From the NCBI GenBank assembly GCA_038123155.1, contig JAYORB010000001.1:1-45257 (forward strand): 45,257 bases of DNA, written 5' to 3'. Position numbers and translations under genes: made by a program. Shown here piece after piece: positions 39,116 to 45,257 of the stretch (position 1 is the stretch's first letter; every line of letters begins with the position of its first letter). This DNA is from Aquiluna sp. (GTDB lineage Bacteria; Actinomycetota; Actinomycetes; Actinomycetales; Microbacteriaceae). The notes under the pieces were generated by a model. It did no database searches, was not told where the DNA came from, and saw only the letters and a program-made list of their open reading frames with translations.

Positions 39116-42100
39116 GGTCAGCGCAGCGCAGATTTACGCTGTTTTGTCGGGAAACAGTCTCACCGATGAGCAGCGGGCCATCGTTGAGGAAGCTTCTCTA
39201 GTGGAGCCATCACTTGTTATCGCCGGGGCAGGGTCTGGAAAGACAGAGCTGATGATGGTGAGGATTCTCTACCTAGTCGCTAATGGGCATGCAACCCCGG
39301 AGCAGATTTTGGGGCTTACCTTCACAAAGAAGGCAGCCGCAGAGCTCTCAGCAAGGGTTCAGCAGGGACTCATCAAGCTCCGTGAGTCAAGCCTGTGGCC
39401 AACTGGTCTAGAGGAGGACTTTCTACCCGCAAAGATCGTCACCTACAACTCCTTCGGTAATGAAATCTTTAGATCCCTCGCGCTGGAGATTGGATTCGAA
39501 TCAGATGCGAAATTGATCACCGACGCCGCCAGCACTGCTCTTTGCAAAGAGCTGTTGGACAACGCCTCGCTCGATGACTTTCCGCTGCTTGAGGGTTGGG
39601 AGCTGACTTCTGGCACATTGCTCAGCGCCGTCTTGAAAGCTGCTGGGAGCATGACCGACAACAGCGTAAGTGCCTCTGAGGTCCATGAGTACTGGGACGG
39701 GTTTGCTGCGCACCTTGCCAGCATCCCGAAAAATGAGAAACAGACAGGCCGCTATGCCTACACCCAAGACTTCCTAAATGCCGCGGACAACAACAAACTA
39801 ATTTTTGAACTGGCAGAGCGCTATCGAGACTTGAAGCGAGAGCGCAATCTCGTGGACTTCTCCGACCAGGTCGCCCTTGCCCTGCAGGCCCTCGAGAGCG
39901 TTGAGTTTCAGCTTGACTACCGATTTGTGATGCTCGATGAGTACCAGGACACCTCGAACATACAGACCGCTCTGCTTGCGAGGTTGTTTAGAAACCTTCC
40001 GGTCATGGCAGTTGGCGATCCTAACCAGGCAATCTACGGCTGGAGGGGAGCATCCAGCGAAAACCTAGCCAACTTCCAGCGCGACTTCGGTGGCGGAGAC
40101 ACTTTCACGCTCTCAGTTTCCTGGCGTTCCGGAGCAGAGATTCTCGATGCCGCTAACCAGATTGCCGCCAAGATTCCAGACTCTGGCCTGACGCCAATTT
40201 CGCTCACGAGCGGACTCGGAAATAACTCGAGCGTCTCGGCCAGCGTGTTTCAGGATGAGGTCACCGAGGCCGAAACAGTTGCTCGATACCTGTCTGAGGA
40301 GCTGGATTCTGAAACCAGTTGCGCCATCTTGTTTAGGACGAGGGCGAGTATGAAGCTCTACTCCCAGTGTCTTAGTGAGATTGGTGTTAACCACGAGGTC
40401 ACCGGGCTCTCTGGCCTCGTCGAAGAGCCAGAAGTGGCTGACCTAATTTCGATTCTGAAGGTCTTGGTGGATCCGGAAGCGGGTGCAGAGCTGATGAGGA
40501 TTGCCTCCGGCCCTAAGTTCCGTGTCGCACCAGCAGACCTGGTAGCCCTATCAGAGTCAGCCAGGAGGCTGAGCAAACTTCGAGAGGAGGTTGACGATGC
40601 AAGACCTTTGACGATTGTTGAGCTGATTGATGAAATCGACAAGCCATCCAACAAGGCCAAGCTTGGGCTGAGCGAGGAAGGAGAGGCGCGCCTAACAGCA
40701 CTTTCGGGTTTGCTGCGAAACCTCAGAAGGCAACTCTCGCTCTCCCCATCGGAGGTTGCGCAGCTTGCGATAAGGGAGTTCGAGCTCGACATCGAGCTGT
40801 ATGCGCATTCCGATGCGGAGAACCCACTACTGAATCTTCAGGCCTTTCTTGGGCGAATTGTCGAGTACGAGGCAATGGCGGAGACCCTCTCACTTTCTGG
40901 ATTCGTGTCGTGGCTTGAGCTCGCAAGGGAACAAGAGCGTTTTGAGATTCCGCGCTCTGGGAGCAAAAGGGGAGTGGTTCAGCTAATGACAATTCACTCG
41001 GCAAAGGGGCTTGAGTGGGACGTTGTTGTGCTTCCGCAGTTCGTGGAGGGCACCTTCCCGACAGGTGCCAGGGGAACTGGAGGGCAGCTGGAAGCGGGCG
41101 AGCTACCGACCTCGCTCAGACAGGACAGGGCCAGCCTTCCATCCCTGGATTACATGGCAGCAAGCACGCAACAGGAATTCAACAAGCTAAATGATTCCTA
41201 TAAGGAACAAAATCGTGAGCGGCAGCTGATCGAAGAGAGAAGACTTGCCTACGTCGGGATTACTCGGGCCGCATCCAAGCTACTTATCACCGGCTCCTAC
41301 TTTTCTCGAACGGCGACCAATCCCAAGGAGCTCTCACGCTTTCTCATCGAGCTCACGGATTCGGGAAACTTGGATGCAGAATTCGATCAGCCTGGAGAGC
41401 GGCCAGAGTTTCCAGAGCGCACTCTCAGCTGGCCATTCGACCCACTAGGCAACAGGCGTGATGACTGGGAGAGTGCGGCGGCAGAGGTCTCAAGCTCCGC
41501 TCCTGCAGGCATCGAAGATGTTGCCGAGTTGGCTCTTCTCATGGAAGAGCGCGAGCGCACTGGCGAAATCCTGGCCCAACTACCCTCGAGACTTTCAGCC
41601 TCAGCAGTGGTCTCCCTCCTCGCCGACCCTCAGAAATTTGCAGCCAGCCTGATACGTCCATTACCCAGTGAGTACTCGGAAGCCGCAGCCCTAGGGACAA
41701 GGTTTCATGCCAGCCTCGAAGAGGCCTTCCTCGCTGGCAGCGAGCTCGACTTCGCCAGTTGGGAAGAGCCCGAACAAAAACTGGGTGCAAGCTTCGAAGG
41801 CAGTCGATTTGCAACGCTAAAACCAGAGTTGGTTGAGGCTCCTATTGAGTTCTCGATCGGAGGGACGGTCGTCGTATGCAAGCTGGATGCTGTTTTCCTC
41901 GTTGACTCCATCTGGCACATTGTTGACTGGAAGTCAGGTAAACCGCCCACCACCCAAAGCGAGATTGCGGAACGGGCTATTCAGCTCGCCCTCTATCGGA
42001 TTGCCCTATCCCGCTATAAAGAGATTCCAATTGAGCGCTGCCAGGCGAGCTTCTTCTATGCATCAACCGGAGAGGAGCTAATGCCTGATCTTCCCTCAGA

Positions 42101-42152
42101 GGCTGAGCTCGCCGGGCGATTGAGTGAATTTAGAAAAGTTCGTCCAGGCTAG
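39108..42152 (+). CDS. adnB: AdnB-like UvrD helicase-nuclease subunit
   Basis: AGAGSGKT, TFTKKAA, DEYQDT, GDPNQAIYGWRGA, TIHSAKGLEW, EERRLAYVGITRA, KLDAVF...DWKSG...QLALY. Confidence 0.88.
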   Translation: MAKVSAAQIYAVLSGNSLTDEQRAIVEEASLVEPSLVIAGAGSGKTELMMVRILYLVANGHATPEQILGLTFTKKAAAELSARVQQGLIKLRESSLWPTGLEEDFLPAKIVTYNSFGNEIFRSLALEIGFESDAKLITDAASTALCKELLDNASLDDFPLLEGWELTSGTLLSAVLKAAGSMTDNSVSASEVHEYWDGFAAHLASIPKNEKQTGRYAYTQDFLNAADNNKLIFELAERYRDLKRERNLVDFSDQVALALQALESVEFQLDYRFVMLDEYQDTSNIQTALLARLFRNLPVMAVGDPNQAIYGWRGASSENLANFQRDFGGGDTFTLSVSWRSGAEILDAANQIAAKIPDSGLTPISLTSGLGNNSSVSASVFQDEVTEAETVARYLSEELDSETSCAILFRTRASMKLYSQCLSEIGVNHEVTGLSGLVEEPEVADLISILKVLVDPEAGAELMRIASGPKFRVAPADLVALSESARRLSKLREEVDDARPLTIVELIDEIDKPSNKAKLGLSEEGEARLTALSGLLRNLRRQLSLSPSEVAQLAIREFELDIELYAHSDAENPLLNLQAFLGRIVEYEAMAETLSLSGFVSWLELAREQERFEIPRSGSKRGVVQLMTIHSAKGLEWDVVVLPQFVEGTFPTGARGTGGQLEAGELPTSLRQDRASLPSLDYMAASTQQEFNKLNDSYKEQNRERQLIEERRLAYVGITRAASKLLITGSYFSRTATNPKELSRFLIELTDSGNLDAEFDQPGERPEFPERTLSWPFDPLGNRRDDWESAAAEVSSSAPAGIEDVAELALLMEERERTGEILAQLPSRLSASAVVSLLADPQKFAASLIRPLPSEYSEAAALGTRFHASLEEAFLAGSELDFASWEEPEQKLGASFEGSRFATLKPELVEAPIEFSIGGTVVVCKLDAVFLVDSIWHIVDWKSGKPPTTQSEIAERAIQLALYRIALSRYKEIPIERCQASFFYASTGEELMPDLPSEAELAGRLSEFRKVRPG

Positions 42153-43209
42153 ATTGCCCGCCATCAAAGCTTTCAGTTGGCTCGGCCTGCTGCGGCTCTG
42201 AAGCTTCGTCCTCTAGATGATCCTCTGGCTCACTGGCCGACGCAACTGAAGCCGTTGCAGCTGCCGCTCCGAGGCCAATGAAGCTGGCGGCCCTTAGCGA
42301 ACGCAGGGACCCCGCCTCGAGTTGCTCCGCAAGATCAGTCAGCATTGCCTCGGCATCCGCGATTGAACTTGCTTCTCCGACCTCGACGCAGTGAGTTAGC
42401 CAGGTTGCCAGCTCGAGCTCTGAGTAGAGCTGGGCTCGCTGCTCGATATTTTCGTCTGCATTCTCACGGTTCGCTCTGTAGTGGAGGAGCGCATCTTCAA
42501 ATGTCGATGGCAAAGCGCCCCCGGCAAGGTATTTCAAATCCTCTGCAGGGTCAGAGATTGAGAGCCTTGAAAAATCAGAAATGGCAACCACGCTCTGGTT
42601 CGAAACGAAGACGCTGTCCTGGCTTATCGAGCCGTGGGTGACGGTGGTGTGGAAGCGGAATAGCCCAACATCTTCGAGGGCTTCCTCCCATCGGGACAGC
42701 AGCTCGGCGGGAATGCGCCCAGTTGCCGCTGCCTTATCTAGCTCCTGAACTTTGGATTGCAAAACTGCCGTTGCGTCGTGTTCGACTAAGCCGTAGTCGC
42801 GAACCACAGCCGGGTCGAGTTTGTGAATTGTCGCTACAGCGGCGGCAAATGTTTGGGAGAAGGCACCGGGGGCATACCTCGAAAGATCTGGAGTCTGTCC
42901 CGACACCATAGTCATCACTACGGCACTGTTCCCGTCACTGTCTGTGGTAGTGCCGACGATTGTTGGGACTTCAAAGCCCAGTTCTTCGCGAACCTTCGCA
43001 ATGGCTTTTAGACCCATCAGCTGCTCAGCCTGCTCAGCAATGCCTGCAGTGGTTGCGGGGACAGAGAGGGTGTAGGGGTTGTCCTGCTCATCCCAAAGCT
43101 CGAGAATTTCAAGATCTGGGTTGTCAGGGATGCGTCTAAAGTTCCGGAAGTTTTTTCCAGGAGCGGCGTCGGCCGCAAGCGCAGCTAAAATCAAGGCAGG
43201 TCGTCCCAC
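42130..43209 (-). CDS. APH/macrolide-phosphotransferase-fold protein with a degenerate catalytic loop; start reassigned to GTG 43209
   Basis: F.VP..VG, A..VA.IH, RWEEALED..L..F, THGS...V...ISDF...DPAEDL; TAACCT 7 nt before GTG 43209. Confidence 0.78.
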   Translation of the reverse strand: MGRPALILAALAADAAPGKNFRNFRRIPDNPDLEILELWDEQDNPYTLSVPATTAGIAEQAEQLMGLKAIAKVREELGFEVPTIVGTTTDSDGNSAVVMTMVSGQTPDLSRYAPGAFSQTFAAAVATIHKLDPAVVRDYGLVEHDATAVLQSKVQELDKAAATGRIPAELLSRWEEALEDVGLFRFHTTVTHGSISQDSVFVSNQSVVAISDFSRLSISDPAEDLKYLAGGALPSTFEDALLHYRANRENADENIEQRAQLYSELELATWLTHCVEVGEASSIADAEAMLTDLAEQLEAGSLRSLRAASFIGLGAAAATASVASASEPEDHLEDEASEPQQAEPTESFDGGQSSLDELF

Positions 43210-43275
43210 GTCACAAAGGTTAGACAACCGAATTACTGCGCGGCTGCATCGCCACGCACACACTTAGGATTCAGA

Positions 43276-44898
43276 TTGAGCGCTCAGAGTGGTAGTGACA
43301 TCCTCAGTTCCTTGGATGCCCAGCAACTTGAGGCTGCAACAACCCTCAAAGGCCCAGTTCGCATCATTGCTGGACCCGGCAGCGGTAAGACAAGGACTGT
43401 CTCTCACCGGATTGCCCACGGCATCTCCACGGGCTACTTCAACCCTCAAAAGGTCCTCGCTCTTACCTATACGAACCGCGCTGCTGCTGAGCTAAGACAG
43501 CGGCTAAGAAGCCTTGGTGCGGGTTCGGTTCAGGTAAGAACCTTTCACGCCGCCGCGCTCTCTCAACTCCAATTCTTCTGGCCGCAGCTAACTGGCTCGT
43601 CAGCGCCAAAGCTCCTCACGAACAAGCGTGCAATTCTGAAGGAGGCAGTGGGGAACGAGGCAAAGCTCTCCGAGGCTCAGATCTCTGAGCTGGCATCTGA
43701 ATTTGAGTATCTTCGATACTCGCTAACCGAGCTCGATGACTACCTAAAGTCCGGCAGACTCCCAGGCTTTGCAAGTGAAGAGAGCTTTGCGGAGTGGCAT
43801 AAAGCCTTCCAGTCCCTCAAGCAGGAGCGGAGGCTCATTGACTGGGAAGATGCTCTGCTTTTATGCACCGGGATGCTCAGAAATGAACCGCGCGCACTTT
43901 CTCAATTTGAGCAGCAATACCGGCACTTCACCGTGGACGAGTATCAAGACATTTCTCCGTTGCAACAGGGTCTCTTGGAGACCTGGCTCGGGGAGCGGCA
44001 AGAGATATGTGTTGTCGGGGACCCCAGGCAAAACATCTATAGCTTTGCTGGATCTACAACAGAATTTCTCCTCGGATTCGATTCTCGATATCCCGGCTGC
44101 TCGAGCTTCGAGCTGACCACCAACTACCGTTCTGGTCCAGACATAGTCGATGCGGCAAATGGACTCTTCCCCGACAGTCCGATTATTGCCGCAAAGAAGG
44201 TCTCTGGCCTGGTAGGCCTTCGTAGCTACCCGAACTCTCGGGAGGAAGCTCATGCTGTTGCGGAGAGTGTGGCAAAGGCGGCAAAGAGCTCAAAGCTTTC
44301 CCGAATCGCAGTGTTGGCAAGAATCAATGCCCAGCTGGAGGTCGTGGAGTCGGAGCTCAAAGGCCTAGGAATCGAGACTCAAGTGAGGGGCCAGGGAAGA
44401 TTCTTTAGTCAGCCCAAGGTCATGCAAGCTCTCAGTGCTGTCAGGGCTCTGGCTCTAACAGAGCTGACCCAGCCACTTTTTATTGAGGTCTCAAATATTC
44501 TTTCCTCGCTTGGTTGGGAGTCTCGGGGCGAGGGGAGAGACTGGGCCGAACTCAACTGGTTCATAGAGGTTCTTGATGAGCTCGGCAGCCCTTCGCTAGA
44601 TGAATACATTCGAGAGTTAGATGAGAGAGAGCGCTCCGGTCACGAGCCTCAGCGCGAGGCAGTGTCACTCGCAACAATTCATGCGACCAAAGGTCTTGAG
44701 TGGGAGAGGGTGTTTCTGATTGGGGTAAACGATGGTTTGTACCCGATATCTCACGCTAAGAGCCCGGAGCAACTAGAGGAGGAGAAGCGTCTTTTCTATG
44801 TAGGGCTGACCAGAGCCGAGACATACCTGGAGCTCTCCTCAACTTCAAAGTCCCCAAGTCCTTTCACGAAGCACTTGCTCGACAGCCACAGTGACTAG
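43276..44898 (+). CDS. UvrD/Rep-family DNA helicase (UvrD2-like position), short form; TTG start
   Basis: AGPGSGKT, TFH, DEYQD, GDPRQNIYSF, NYRS, TIHATKGLEW, EEKRLFYVGLTRA. Confidence 0.9.
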   Translation: MSAQSGSDILSSLDAQQLEAATTLKGPVRIIAGPGSGKTRTVSHRIAHGISTGYFNPQKVLALTYTNRAAAELRQRLRSLGAGSVQVRTFHAAALSQLQFFWPQLTGSSAPKLLTNKRAILKEAVGNEAKLSEAQISELASEFEYLRYSLTELDDYLKSGRLPGFASEESFAEWHKAFQSLKQERRLIDWEDALLLCTGMLRNEPRALSQFEQQYRHFTVDEYQDISPLQQGLLETWLGERQEICVVGDPRQNIYSFAGSTTEFLLGFDSRYPGCSSFELTTNYRSGPDIVDAANGLFPDSPIIAAKKVSGLVGLRSYPNSREEAHAVAESVAKAAKSSKLSRIAVLARINAQLEVVESELKGLGIETQVRGQGRFFSQPKVMQALSAVRALALTELTQPLFIEVSNILSSLGWESRGEGRDWAELNWFIEVLDELGSPSLDEYIRELDERERSGHEPQREAVSLATIHATKGLEWERVFLIGVNDGLYPISHAKSPEQLEEEKRLFYVGLTRAETYLELSSTSKSPSPFTKHLLDSHSD

Positions 44899-45256
44899 AG
44901 CTTGCCTGGAAGGCAAGCAAGGATCCATCCCGATCAAGTCTTAGGGTGCGGCTCTCGAGCCTTTGGCTTTGATCGACGAAGTTGAGGATTTGGTTTGTTA
45001 CCACGCCAGTTGCGAAAAGAGCCATGGCGATGTCCTGATTTGATCTGTCAATTGCTAGCAGCTGCGGGGCAATTGTCTTCCAACTCGAATCAGCCTCGAA
45101 CCGTGCTTTTTCCCTGCATCCAAGGCAAGGTGTTTCGCCGGGGAACACCAAAGGTGAAATTTCTACGCCCTCCTCGTCGAAGCACATCGCGAGGTGCGGA
45201 ATGTCCCGAGCCATCCAAGGTTGGTAGGAACGCGGATTCACGATGTCGTCGGATAT
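44864..45256 (-). CDS. C-terminal part of a ThiF/MoeB-like (TOMM-type E1 fold) protein; 5' end lies outside the window
   Basis: PHL......P.V.PGETPCLGC and C-terminal HCGC; frame open to the window end (ISDDIVNP...). Confidence 0.6.
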   Translation of the reverse strand: MSDDIVNPRSYQPWMARDIPHLAMCFDEEGVEISPLVFPGETPCLGCREKARFEADSSWKTIAPQLLAIDRSNQDIAMALFATGVVTNQILNFVDQSQRLESRTLRLDRDGSLLAFQASSSHCGCRASAS

Positions 45257-45257
45257 C

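Noticed and set aside
36224-44898. Three helicases plus nuclease domains as a novel anti-phage system
   Set aside because: Motifs and order match the conserved actinobacterial adnA-adnB...uvrD2 repair locus.
44864-45257. RiPP/TOMM biosynthetic cluster
   Set aside because: Only a partial ThiF-like gene at the window edge; no YcaO, dehydrogenase or precursor visible; such a gene is commonly found near uvrD2 in actinobacteria.

Overview
Very compact chromosomal segment of an actinobacterium. Gene content and order point to Microbacteriaceae, probably a streamlined freshwater Luna-type lineage (inference). Most of the window is housekeeping. The first block is ilvB(partial)-ilvN-ilvC, serA, leuB-ilvE-FAH-gltX, tRNA-Gln(CTG), tRNA-Glu(CTC), leuCD-murA-plsC-gpsA-ddl and thiL. 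The second block is dapD/dapE, tatB, mrp, an MgtE_N/CBS + DUF1003 pair, Xaa-Pro peptidase, PHP, a DEAD-box helicase, adnAB and a UvrD-family helicase. I saw no mobile elements or CRISPR. The most interesting signal is at 2.4-7.5 kb, a candidate sulfur (persulfide) stress regulon around serA. It comprises a His-less CsoR/CstR-type regulator, a CoA-disulfide reductase-rhodanese fusion, a cytoplasmic rhodanese and a rhodanese lipoprotein. It also has two genes the ORF track misses or truncates: a 202-aa SAM methyltransferase whose only full-length start is ATT, and a 39-aa six-Cys peptide 4 kb away. The same ATACCC-N4-GGGTAT operator lies in the peptide's promoter and in the regulator's divergent promoter. 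Leaderless-type starts, overlapping bidirectional -10 elements and convergent gene overlaps are also frequent.
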